In this document: piece by piece, positions 53,228-62,707 of the stretch | How positions within the stretch are numbered: the stretch's first letter is position 1 | How the letters are laid out: every line of letters starts with the position of its first letter | Origin: an uncultured candidate division Zixibacteria bacterium | GTDB lineage: Bacteria > Zixibacteria > MSB-5A5 > UBA10806 | Length of the DNA: 64,000 nucleotides | Reading direction: 5' to 3' | Assembly (NCBI GenBank): GCA_963801605.1 | Contig: CAWDFP010000002.1 | Location: 17,148 to 81,147 of the forward strand | Translations under genes and position numbers: made by a program | Notes under the pieces: generated by a model | What the model was told of the DNA's origin: nothing | The model's input: only the letters and a program-made list of their open reading frames with translations | Database searches by the model: none

Positions 53228-53234
53228 TAATATC

Positions 53235-53759
53235 ATGAAAATGTGGGATCCATTTAAGACGGTAATACTGGCTATCCCCAAGGGACTATCCATAACGTTT
53301 CGTTATCTGTTTAGAAAGCCGGTTACGGAACAGTATCCCGATGTGAAACCGAAATTCGAGGCTCGTTACCGCGGCCTGCATTATCTGACTCGTTATCCCA
53401 ATGGGACTGAGCGATGCGTTTGCTGCGGACTATGCGCTGCCGCGTGTCCGGCGGATTGTATCTACATGGAACCGGCCGAAACGCCGGAAGGCGTTCGTTA
53501 CGCCAAAATCTATGAGATCAACGAGCTTCGCTGTATCTTCTGCGGAATGTGCGAGGAAGCTTGTCCGGAGGAAGCCATCTTTTTAGGACAGGAGTTCGAA
53601 TTCTCCTCATACGACCGCGATGATTTCATCTGGACCAAAGAGATGCTTTTGGAAAACTACGATAAGATCGAGAAGTTCCGTGTTGCCAGGGACATCAAGC
53701 CGCTGGTTCGGCAGGAGAGACGTCAGTTTATGGCGCCTGCTCCTCCGATTGAGGATTAG
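53235..53759 (+). CDS. nuoI: NADH-quinone oxidoreductase subunit I
   Basis: Two CxxCxxCxxxCP motifs. Confidence 0.96.
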   Translation: MKMWDPFKTVILAIPKGLSITFRYLFRKPVTEQYPDVKPKFEARYRGLHYLTRYPNGTERCVCCGLCAAACPADCIYMEPAETPEGVRYAKIYEINELRCIFCGMCEEACPEEAIFLGQEFEFSSYDRDDFIWTKEMLLENYDKIEKFRVARDIKPLVRQERRQFMAPAPPIED

Positions 53760-53815
53760 GGCCGGCATTTTATGATCGATGCAAATACGCGGATGATTTG
53801 GATATCAGAGGATGA

Positions 53816-54388
53816 ATGGTTAGCCAGATAATATTTTTTATTCTCGCGGCGGTGGCTGTTACGGCCGCTATCGTTGTGGTCAATGTCAAAAGTCCGGTAT
53901 CGTCGGCGCTGTTTCTAATCCTGACGATGTGCGCTCTGGCGGGGCTCTTTGTATTGCTGGGCGCCATATTTTTAGCCGCGCTCCAGGTGATAGTCTATGC
54001 CGGCGCGATCATGGTGCTGTTCCTGTTTGTAATCATGCTCTTAAATTTAAGACGCGATGAGTACGGCCATGACCCCCACAGAATCCAGAAATATCTGGGA
54101 TTTATCCTGGTGGCGATAATACTGGTGCAGGGGATTCTCATTTCCAACTGGGCCATGAAAGATTTCGCGGCGAGCTCCAAAGCAGTAATTCAATCTGAAA
54201 TACCTGTAGCTCCTGCCGATTCCATTGCTCAGGCAATCGATTACAACAGCGCCCAATGGGTCGCCAGAGTGCTTTTTACGAAATATGCTTACCCGTTCGA
54301 GGTAACCTCGATACTGCTTTTAGCGGCAATCATCGGTGCGGTTGTTATCGCCAAACGGCACACTGAATCAGAAAGCGAGGAGAAGTGA
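53816..54388 (+). CDS. nuoJ: NADH-quinone oxidoreductase subunit J
   Basis: [20 protein letters not shown] and [10 protein letters not shown] motifs. Confidence 0.95.
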   Translation: MVSQIIFFILAAVAVTAAIVVVNVKSPVSSALFLILTMCALAGLFVLLGAIFLAALQVIVYAGAIMVLFLFVIMLLNLRRDEYGHDPHRIQKYLGFILVAIILVQGILISNWAMKDFAASSKAVIQSEIPVAPADSIAQAIDYNSAQWVARVLFTKYAYPFEVTSILLLAAIIGAVVIAKRHTESESEEK

Positions 54389-54756
54389 TGGTTCCTCTGG
54401 GATATTATATTGTTCTCTCGGCCATCCTTTTCAGCATCGGAGTATGGGGCGTCTTGAAATCGCGAAACGCCATTGTTATTTTTATGGGTATCGAACTAAT
54501 GCTCAACGCGGTTAACCTGGCTATCATCGCATTTTCGAGTAATATGAAACAAATTATCTCGCGGCTTTTGCAGAATGTCCCCACTGAAAAGGCCGCGGAT
54601 TACGTTGGCAGCGCTATCGCCTCCGGACAGGTAATGGTTTTTCTGGTTATGACTGTCGCGGCCGCCGAGGCCGCCGTCGGGTTGGCAATCATCATCTCGA
54701 TTTATCGCCTGAAAGATTCGGTTAACGTCGATGAAGTCGACATAATGAAATGGTGA
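54385..54756 (+). CDS. nuoK: NADH-quinone oxidoreductase subunit K
   Basis: IELMLNAVN and [12 protein letters not shown] motifs. Confidence 0.95.
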   Translation: MMVPLGYYIVLSAILFSIGVWGVLKSRNAIVIFMGIELMLNAVNLAIIAFSSNMKQIISRLLQNVPTEKAADYVGSAIASGQVMVFLVMTVAAAEAAVGLAIIISIYRLKDSVNVDEVDIMKW

Positions 54757-54759
54757 GAA

Positions 54760-56721
54760 TTGAATAACGCTATCGCTCTAGATCTCGAATATATTGTGCG
54801 GCTGGTGCCGCTTTTTCCGCTTTTGGGATTTATCATAAATGGCCTTTTCAATAAAAAGCTTCCTGAAAAAGCTGTCGGTTGGATTGGTTCGTTAAGCGTT
54901 TTTATTTCGTTCCTGCTTTCGACCTGGGCCTTCTTTCTTCTGGTTAGTTTACCGCCTGAAGCTCGAGTAATTCAATCCACCTGGTTTACCTGGATCGCTT
55001 CCGGATCGTTTACCAGTTCGATTTCATTCCTCTACGACCCGCTGACCGCTGTAATGATGCTGGTCGTATCCGGGGTAGGTTTCCTGATTCATGTTTATTC
55101 GATGGGGTACATGCACAAGGATGGCGGAGTATCGCGCTATTTTGCATTCCTCAACCTATTTACTTTCTCGATGCTTGTCTTGATAATGGCCAATAATCTC
55201 ATCCTGCTTTATCTCGGATGGGAGGGAGTTGGCCTGTGCAGCTACCTGCTGATCGGCTTCTGGTTCGAGAAAAAGTCGGCGTCCGATGCCGGCAAGAAAG
55301 CATTTATCGTAAATCGAATCGGAGATTTCGGTTTTTCGCTCGGTATAATGTTAATTTTCTGGACATTCTATACTGCCGGGCACCCGACCGTTAATTTACA
55401 CGAAATTACTCTAATGGCTCCGCAAATACTTGCCGGCACCGGTATCGTAACAGCTATTACGCTCCTCCTTTTCCTGGGAGCTACCGGCAAATCAGCTCAG
55501 ATTCCTCTTTATGTCTGGCTTCCCGACGCTATGGAAGGCCCAACACCTGTTTCCGCTTTAATCCATGCCGCTACTATGGTCACGGCGGGCGTTTACATGG
55601 TTTGCCGTCTTTCGGCGCTCTATATGCTGGCTCCCGTCTCTATGATGGTGGTTGCTATTATCGGCGCCGCCACGGCTTTGTTTGCGGCTACTATCGGTAT
55701 GGTTCAAAACGATATCAAAAGGGTTTTGGCTTATTCTACTATCAGCCAGCTCGGATATATGTTCTTAGCGTGCGGCGTCGGCGCATTTGCCTCCGGAATA
55801 TTTCATCTGATGACACACGCTTTCTTCAAGGCATTGCTTTTCATGGGCGCAGGCTCGGTCATGCACGCCCTGGCGGGCGAGCTTAATATGCAGAAGATGG
55901 GCGGGCTTCGAAAATATATGCCGGTTACCTTTGCCACCATGTTTATAGGAACTCTGGCGATTTCGGGTGTTCCTTTCTTTTCGGGCTTTTTCTCAAAAGA
56001 CGAAATCTTATTCAAAACCTTTACATCGCCTCAGGGAAGCCCGATCCTCTGGGTAGTGGCGATGCTAACGGCCATCCTGACGGCATTTTATATGTTCCGC
56101 TTGATTTTCCTGACATTTTATGGGCAATCCCGGATGGACCCGGATGTTGAAAAGCATGCCCATGAGTCGCCGAGAGTAATGACAACGCCGCTTATTATTT
56201 TGGCGGTATTAGCTTTTATTGGCGGGTATATCGGTTTGCCAAAAGCTCTGGGCGGCGGTAATTGGTTCGAGAAGTTTTTGGAGCCTGTTTTTGCCGGTGA
56301 GCATATTAAAATTACGGAGACGATTTCGTCAGGCCACTCAACAGAGTATTTGCTTCTATTGGCATCAGTCATTGCCGCCGCAATTGGAATCTGGGTAGCA
56401 TACAGTTTCTATATAGCTAATCCGGACAAGCCCAAGAAGCTCGCGATGAGGTTTAACGGTTTATACAATACGGTTCTGAATAAATATTACATCGATGAAT
56501 TCTACAATATGGTTATAGTCCAGCCATTGATTTCGCTGGCGCTATTTTTCTGGAAAATTACCGATGTTCGCATTATCGATGGCCTGGCCAACGGCATTGC
56601 CGGTTTCATTGGATGGTTTTCATCGAAATTCCGTTTTATCCAGACCGGCCTGGTGCGTAACTATGCTCTGTTTTTTGTGATCGGTGTAATTCTCTTAATA
56701 GGATTTATCATTTTAAGGTAA
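54760..56721 (+). CDS. nuoL: NADH-quinone oxidoreductase subunit L
   Basis: GWEGVGLCSYLLIGFW, GKSAQIPL and WLPDAMEGPTPVSALIHAATMV motifs. Confidence 0.97.
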   Translation: MNNAIALDLEYIVRLVPLFPLLGFIINGLFNKKLPEKAVGWIGSLSVFISFLLSTWAFFLLVSLPPEARVIQSTWFTWIASGSFTSSISFLYDPLTAVMMLVVSGVGFLIHVYSMGYMHKDGGVSRYFAFLNLFTFSMLVLIMANNLILLYLGWEGVGLCSYLLIGFWFEKKSASDAGKKAFIVNRIGDFGFSLGIMLIFWTFYTAGHPTVNLHEITLMAPQILAGTGIVTAITLLLFLGATGKSAQIPLYVWLPDAMEGPTPVSALIHAATMVTAGVYMVCRLSALYMLAPVSMMVVAIIGAATALFAATIGMVQNDIKRVLAYSTISQLGYMFLACGVGAFASGIFHLMTHAFFKALLFMGAGSVMHALAGELNMQKMGGLRKYMPVTFATMFIGTLAISGVPFFSGFFSKDEILFKTFTSPQGSPILWVVAMLTAILTAFYMFRLIFLTFYGQSRMDPDVEKHAHESPRVMTTPLIILAVLAFIGGYIGLPKALGGGNWFEKFLEPVFAGEHIKITETISSGHSTEYLLLLASVIAAAIGIWVAYSFYIANPDKPKKLAMRFNGLYNTVLNKYYIDEFYNMVIVQPLISLALFFWKITDVRIIDGLANGIAGFIGWFSSKFRFIQTGLVRNYALFFVIGVILLIGFIILR

Positions 56722-57482
56722 TGGGCAGGGATTCCGGCTCTATGGAAAAGCATCTTCAAAATCATATCGAACACTACCGTTGCGACGGCGAGGCGTTTGA
56801 TTATTTCTCGGTGGAAAACCCTACTGTTCGCGAGGAAGAACACCGTCGGATCGAGCTGTTAAGGCGTGCCATGAAGCTTAAAAGGGGAGAGGCCTTACTC
56901 GATGCCGGTTCGGGAGGCGGTTGGGTAAGCCAGGCGCTTCTACCGAAGGGTATTTTTGTTTGCGCAGTTGATCTCTCAAAGAAAAATCTCGCTGGAATTC
57001 GAGATAGATTCGATTCCCAAAAGGACGGCGGTTATATTGTAGCTGATTTATATCATCTGCCGTTCAAGCTAGGCTCATTTAACGCTGCCACATCGAACGA
57101 TGTCTATGAGCATCTGGAATTCCTTGACCAGGCAGCGGCAGAATTGCGAAGCGTTCTCAAAGATGGCGCTCAGGCGTTCATTTCGGTACCTTATAAAGAG
57201 AATATTATTTATTACCTTTGTATTCATTGCAATCAACTTACTCCCATCAATGCCCACTTGCATTCGTTTGATGAAAATAATCTCGGTAGTTTATTCGCGA
57301 AGAATAAATTCGAAATCAAAAAAGTCACCAGGTTCATGAATAAGGGCCTGGCTTTGCTGCAGGTTTACAGGTTCAGCCGCTGGATGCCATATAGCGTCTG
57401 GCGAATGATTGATATTTTGGCCAACACCGTAATCAGGAAGCCTGGCAGGATGGCCATGATGCTTCAGGCGCAGGAGAAGTAA
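56721..57482 (+). CDS. Class I SAM-dependent methyltransferase embedded in the nuo operon
   Basis: LLDAGSGGG, AVDLS, ADLYHLPF, DVYEHL and a CIHC...AHLHSF motif. TAATG overlap with nuoL. Confidence 0.85.
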   Translation: MGRDSGSMEKHLQNHIEHYRCDGEAFDYFSVENPTVREEEHRRIELLRRAMKLKRGEALLDAGSGGGWVSQALLPKGIFVCAVDLSKKNLAGIRDRFDSQKDGGYIVADLYHLPFKLGSFNAATSNDVYEHLEFLDQAAAELRSVLKDGAQAFISVPYKENIIYYLCIHCNQLTPINAHLHSFDENNLGSLFAKNKFEIKKVTRFMNKGLALLQVYRFSRWMPYSVWRMIDILANTVIRKPGRMAMMLQAQEK

Positions 57483-57485
57483 TCT

Positions 57486-59075
57486 ATGCCGCTTCTTTCC
57501 TGGATAGTTTTTCTACCCCTTCTGGGCGTGCTGTTTTTGCTTTTCATAAATAAGAATCAAATCAACGCTATCAAGTGGACCGCGCTTATTTTTACGATTG
57601 CCGATTTTATCCTGACTGTAATCCTATTTACGCATTTTGACGGCAACAATGTCGGAATGCAATTCCGCGACGGCCCCATGCCATGGATAAAATCGATGGG
57701 GATTACATTTAGTCTCGGTGTTGATGGTATTTCGATTCTTCTGGTTGTCCTGACACCGTTTTTGAGCGCCATTGCTATCGCCTCGGCCTGGAACGCTATC
57801 CATGATAAAGTAAAGGGCTTTTTTATCTCGATGCTGATGCTGGAAACCGGGATGCTTGGCGTTTTCTGCGCCACCGATCTATTTCTTTTCTACCTATTCT
57901 GGGAAACGATGCTATTCCCGATGTATTTCCTGATCGGAATTTGGGGCGGCCCGCGAAAAATATATGCGGCAATTAAGTTTGTACTCTTTACGATGTTCGG
58001 CTCGCTTTTGATGCTGATTGGAGTAATTAAGCTTTACCTGATGACATCACCTGAGCCGGGGGGGCGCACTACCGATCTACTGGCTATCCTCAATCTTCAG
58101 GTGCCGGCGGGAATGCAAATTTGGCTATTTCTGGTCTTTGCCATAGCATTTGCCATTAAGGTACCGCTATTTCCATTCCACACCTGGCTTCCCGATGCCC
58201 ACGTGGAGGCGCCGACCGCAGGCTCAATCATTTTAGCCGGTGTGCTTCTAAAAATGGGGACTTACGGATTCCTGCGTTTCTGCATACCGCTTTTCCCTTA
58301 CGCCACCGCCCAGTTTACACCGATAATATCTATTTTAGCTTTGATTGGCATTATTTACGGCGCCTTTGTGGCTATGGTGCAAAAGGATGTCAAATCACTG
58401 GTAGCCTACTCCTCGGTAGCCCACCTGGGATTTGTAATGCTGGGGATGTTCGCCCTTACATCGCAGGGAGTAAGCGGTTCGATTATTCAGATGATAAACC
58501 ACGGCATAACCACGGGCGCACTATTTCTTTTGGTTGGTATGATCTATGAGCGACGACACACCCGGCTGATAGCCGATTTTGGCGGCATAGCGCATATCAT
58601 GCCGGTATTCACAACGATCTTTTTAATCGTTACGCTGGCGTCGATTGGCCTTCCGGGTACCAATGGTTTCGTAGGCGAATTTTTAATCCTCCTGGGGACA
58701 TTCAAGACTAATATGACTTACGCCGTAATCGCGACTTTCGGTATTGTTCTGGCGGCGGTTTATATGCTCTGGATGGTGCAACGAGTATTCTACGGCGCTC
58801 TCGATAAAGATGAAAATCGCGGGCTTAAGGATATAAACTGGCGTGAAAAGTTGATTGCCATTCCGCTGATTATCATGATATTCTGGATTGGAATCTATCC
58901 TCAAACCTTTCTATCCAAAATCGAGCCGACTGTAAAACATCTTATCAGCAGGGTTGCGCCGGCCAATCGAGAGACGATGCTGCAGCCCATAGAGCCTCCT
59001 GCGCAAGCGGCCAATAGTCCCGATATCGATAAAATCAAAAAGGGTGAAATTGAATGGGTTACGACTGGAAAATAG
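57486..59075 (+). CDS. nuoM: NADH-quinone oxidoreductase subunit M
   Basis: FYLFWE, KVPLFPFHTWLPDAHVEAPT and LLKMGTYG motifs. Confidence 0.97.
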   Translation: MPLLSWIVFLPLLGVLFLLFINKNQINAIKWTALIFTIADFILTVILFTHFDGNNVGMQFRDGPMPWIKSMGITFSLGVDGISILLVVLTPFLSAIAIASAWNAIHDKVKGFFISMLMLETGMLGVFCATDLFLFYLFWETMLFPMYFLIGIWGGPRKIYAAIKFVLFTMFGSLLMLIGVIKLYLMTSPEPGGRTTDLLAILNLQVPAGMQIWLFLVFAIAFAIKVPLFPFHTWLPDAHVEAPTAGSIILAGVLLKMGTYGFLRFCIPLFPYATAQFTPIISILALIGIIYGAFVAMVQKDVKSLVAYSSVAHLGFVMLGMFALTSQGVSGSIIQMINHGITTGALFLLVGMIYERRHTRLIADFGGIAHIMPVFTTIFLIVTLASIGLPGTNGFVGEFLILLGTFKTNMTYAVIATFGIVLAAVYMLWMVQRVFYGALDKDENRGLKDINWREKLIAIPLIIMIFWIGIYPQTFLSKIEPTVKHLISRVAPANRETMLQPIEPPAQAANSPDIDKIKKGEIEWVTTGK

Positions 59076-60502
59076 TATCACCTGAAATTGCAATTTTGCT
59101 CACGGCATTTACGCTTTTGGTCGTCGATCTTTTCATTAAAAAGGGACGCAACGCGATTTTAACCGCGATCAGTTTTGTCGGCGTCATGGCGGCCCTGTTA
59201 TTCACATTCGGCAATTTCCAGTCGATGAATTTCGGTTTCGGCAATTTCGTTGTAAATGATTATATCAGTTTCTATTTCCGGATTATTTTCTGTCTGGGGA
59301 CTCTGCTTACAATTTTCGTTTCGTCTACCTACGTAAAACGGGAGATGAAAGGGATCGGCGAATACTATCTGCTTATTTTCATCTCCACCTTCGGAATGAT
59401 GGTAATGGCGTCATCAACCGATCTCATAACGATCTTTCTGGGTCTCGAGGTTATGAGTATACCGCTCTATGTCCTGGCGGGAATAGACCGTACCAGGCCG
59501 CGTTCGCGCGAAGCCTCAATGAAATATTTCCTGATGGGCGCCTTTGCCTCGGGCTTTTTACTCTACGGTATCGCTTTAATGTTTGGCGCTTACGGGACAA
59601 CCAATTTGATCGAAATTTCCAAACGCCTTAATTTCGGCGCCAACTATAGCCAGGTGCTTTCGAGCGCCGGACTGGCGCTGATCCTGATTGGATTGGGCTT
59701 TAAGGCCGCCCTGGCGCCATTCCACATGTGGGTTCCTGATGTTTACGAGGGTTCGGTAGCACCGGTTACGGCCTTTATGTCGGCCGGCCCCAAGGCGGCG
59801 GCATTTGCGGCGCTATTTAGAATTTTCGCATTATTTGCGCCGGTTATCTCCGATAATTTTACGACAGTCCTCTGGGTTTTGGCCGTGATTACGATGACCT
59901 GGGGCAACATTCTCGCGATTTCCCAAAAGAATATCAAACGTATGCTGGCGTATTCATCGATTGCCCACGCGGGATATGTCATGATTGCCTTAACGGTCGG
60001 AGGAGAGACGGGATTATCCGCGGGAGTATTTTATCTTCTTGCCTATACGATCATGAATATCGGCGCATTCGCAGTTATTGTGCTATTCTCCGGAAAAGGG
60101 GAGAAGCTCGAAAATATAAAAGATTACTCCGGGTTCGGAATCAAATACCCGTTTGCGGGAATCGCCATGACGATTTTTATGCTTTCGCTGGCGGGAATAC
60201 CTGCGACTGCCGGCTTCATGGGAAAATATAGAATCTTTATGGCCGCGGTAAATTCCGGCTATATCTGGCTGGTGGTAATCGGAGTGCTTAATAGTTTGAT
60301 ATCAGTATGGTATTATTTGGGTGTGGTAGTTACTATGTTCATGAGACCTGAAAGCGAACCAAAAACGGAATACAATCTTTCAACAACGCTGATGGTAGCG
60401 ATTCTCATCGCGCTTTTCGGAACAGTGCAATTAGGCCTATTCCCAAACAGTTGGCTGGAATTAGCCAGCCGGGCCGGGGCAAGTTTCAATTGGCTTCGAT
60501 AA
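59054..60502 (+). CDS. nuoN: NADH-quinone oxidoreductase subunit N
   Basis: GLEVMSIPLY, EASMKYF, FKAALAPFHMWVPDVYEG and KRMLAYSSIAH motifs. Confidence 0.97.
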   Translation: MGYDWKIVSPEIAILLTAFTLLVVDLFIKKGRNAILTAISFVGVMAALLFTFGNFQSMNFGFGNFVVNDYISFYFRIIFCLGTLLTIFVSSTYVKREMKGIGEYYLLIFISTFGMMVMASSTDLITIFLGLEVMSIPLYVLAGIDRTRPRSREASMKYFLMGAFASGFLLYGIALMFGAYGTTNLIEISKRLNFGANYSQVLSSAGLALILIGLGFKAALAPFHMWVPDVYEGSVAPVTAFMSAGPKAAAFAALFRIFALFAPVISDNFTTVLWVLAVITMTWGNILAISQKNIKRMLAYSSIAHAGYVMIALTVGGETGLSAGVFYLLAYTIMNIGAFAVIVLFSGKGEKLENIKDYSGFGIKYPFAGIAMTIFMLSLAGIPATAGFMGKYRIFMAAVNSGYIWLVVIGVLNSLISVWYYLGVVVTMFMRPESEPKTEYNLSTTLMVAILIALFGTVQLGLFPNSWLELASRAGASFNWLR

Positions 60503-60605
60503 TTGTTATCCATATTTAACTTATTGTATAGTAATCAGTTATAAATTTTATTATTGATGTTGGGAGATAATCTCAATAAAATTAGCAATTTTTATCATTT
60601 TTAGC

Positions 60606-60634
60606 TTGACATTTTTTTCACAATCTTTTATAAT
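60606..60634 (+). promoter_or_regulatory. Consensus sigma70 promoter of the Fur-family gene
   Basis: TTGACA (60606-11), 17 nt spacer, TATAAT (60629-34). Confidence 0.8.
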
Positions 60635-60675
60635 GGAGCGTGCTGGAGACGATATTTTTGAAGGGTGGTGGAGTT

Positions 60676-61095
60676 ATGAAAGGCACAACTAAAGTACTTA
60701 ATCAAAAGATCAAGCAACAAGGTTATAGGATGACTCGTCAGAGAGCCATTGTGCTTGAGGAATTGTCGCGTACCAAAGAGCACCCTAAAGCCGATGAGAT
60801 CTATCAGATGGTCAGGAAAAGACTACCGCACATTTCATTCGGTACAGTCTATCGCTGCCTGAAGCTTTTGCAGGAACTGGGATTTGTCCGTGAACTGAAT
60901 TACGGCAAGTGCTTTTCGCGGTTCGATGCCAGGGCTGAGAACCATCAGCACTTTACCTGCAGTAATTGTTGCAAGGTCATGGATGTCGACGAGCCACTGG
61001 CGGTGACGACAGCGGGCGTGCAGGTCGATGGCAAAAAAATGAAGGTTATCGATTACCGGCTGGAGTTCTACGGTCTTTGCCGCGAATGTCAATGA
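60676..61095 (+). CDS. Fur/PerR-family transcriptional repressor
   Basis: RMTRQR, EHPKADEIY, TVYR, HQHFTCSNC and a C-terminal CREC. ATG 60676 follows GGTGGAG. Confidence 0.9.
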   Translation: MKGTTKVLNQKIKQQGYRMTRQRAIVLEELSRTKEHPKADEIYQMVRKRLPHISFGTVYRCLKLLQELGFVRELNYGKCFSRFDARAENHQHFTCSNCCKVMDVDEPLAVTTAGVQVDGKKMKVIDYRLEFYGLCRECQ

Positions 61096-61306
61096 CGGTG
61101 TTAGGATTTCTGTCGCTGTAAGCGGACCATCATACTCTAAAGAATTGACTTGACTTAAAGTTGATCCAAAGTATATTCTCGTGGTTTTTCGATTCCGGCG
61201 GGGTTACTCTCGACGGAATCGTGTTAATAAGGCGGCAAAGTTTTGGCGGCCATCGTTCTTTGATAGTACCAGTCATCAATTCCTATTTTAGGAGTGAAGA
61301 TAAATT

Positions 61307-61379
61307 GGGGATGTAGTTCAGTTGGGAGAACGCTTGAATGGCATTCAAGAGGTCGCGGGTTCGACTCCCGCCATCTCCA
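61307..61379 (+). tRNA. tRNA-Ala (GGC)
   Basis: GGGGATG/CATCTCC acceptor stem with G3:U70, anticodon arm CTTGA-ATGGCAT-TCAAG, GGTTCGACTCC T-arm; no encoded CCA. Confidence 0.95.
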
Positions 61380-61387
61380 CTTAGATT

Positions 61388-61419
61388 AACCGGGTAACGC
61401 AAGTTATCCGGTTTTTTTT
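61388..61419 (+). terminator. Rho-independent terminator after tRNA-Ala
   Basis: AACCGGGTAAC-GCAA-GTTATCCGGTT followed by a T-run. Confidence 0.85.
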
Positions 61420-61657
61420 GATATGATATATTATGTATATATCCCCAATGGCGAGTCTTTAAATCGCTCTTGTATAGTATCGTATAAGAGGGGCTTTTTT
61501 CATTTTGAGGAATATCGATAGCCTACTTATTACTTGACATCACTTGATTACAAACGCATATATTATTCGTTAGATTTCGAACTCAAAAAGCATAATTATT
61601 TCCGGCAAAAGGGTGCTTTCTTACCGCCGGGCAGATTTCGAAAAGGGGAGGAATCAA

Positions 61658-62573
61658 ATGTCAATTCGACCAATCAAACGGCTTGTCAAAGCCAAACCGA
61701 CTATAGAGGGCGCCGGGGTGCATTTGCGGCGCGCCTTTGGTTTCGGTAACACCTCCGATTTTGATCCGTTTCTTCTTCTTGACGATTTCCGCAACGATCT
61801 ACCTGAAAATTATCTGGCCGGTTTCCCCTGGCATCCCCATCGCGGAATCGAAACCATTACATATATGCTGGAGGGTACAGTCGAGCATGGTGACAGCATG
61901 GGCAACAGCGGTACCATTGGGCGGGGTGATGTCCAATGGATGACCGCTGGAAGCGGCATCATTCATCAGGAAATGCCAAAGGGCGACTTAGAAGGCAAAA
62001 TGCATGGTTTCCAACTCTGGGCGAACCTGCCGTCGAAATTAAAAATGACCGCGCCACGTTATCAGGAAGTGAAGGCAGCAAATATTCCTCTGATAACTGA
62101 CAGCGATGGCGCCAAAGTTCGCGTTGTATGCGGCGATTATCGGGGCACTGCGGGCCCTGTCGAGGGTATCGCTGCCGGACCGATTTACCTCGATATCGCA
62201 GTGCCGGCCGGAATCAGGAAGACCATACCGGTTGAGTCATCTCGTCACGCCTTTGCTTACGTGATTCATGGCACAGGCAAGTTTTGCAACGCCTCGGGGC
62301 CTCTGACAGTGCCATCCGAGGGTACCGGATGGTGGGATACGTCGCCGCCGATTGAGGCCGATAACCGTTCGCTGGTATTATTCGATTGCGGTGATGAAAT
62401 TACGGTTCAGGCCGGTGATAGATGGAATCCGATTCTTGTTGATATCCGGCAAACCACTAAAGGAGCCGGTAGCCTGGTATGGCCCTATCGTGATGAATAC
62501 TCAAGAGGAGCTTCGGCAGGCATTCGAAGAATTGCAGTTAGGGACGTTCTTAAAATCGGGGGCCAGGAAATAA
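61658..62573 (+). CDS. Pirin family protein, +1 frameshift near 62420
   Basis: [35 protein letters not shown] and FQLWANLP. The C-terminus [17 protein letters not shown] lies in the next frame. GGAGG RBS precedes ATG 61658. Confidence 0.9.
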
Positions 62574-62707
62574 AACGTTCGATCTTGTTTGCGGCGTTGT
62601 TCAGAAGATAAATTCGATAATCTATCTTGATTCAAATTGCCTTTCGACTTATCTATATGCATCGGACTTTGGCAGTGCTAAATCCGACGCAATAGGTATA
62701 AAATAGC

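Noticed and set aside
60540..60600. Fur/Per box upstream of the Fur-family gene
   Set aside because: Only a loose TTATTGA...TCAATAA inverted repeat in very AT-rich DNA; it does not match the 7-1-7 consensus well enough to call.
61307..61660. tRNA-Ala as an integration site of a genomic island
   Set aside because: No integrase and no duplicated tRNA 3' end seen; flanking genes are housekeeping.
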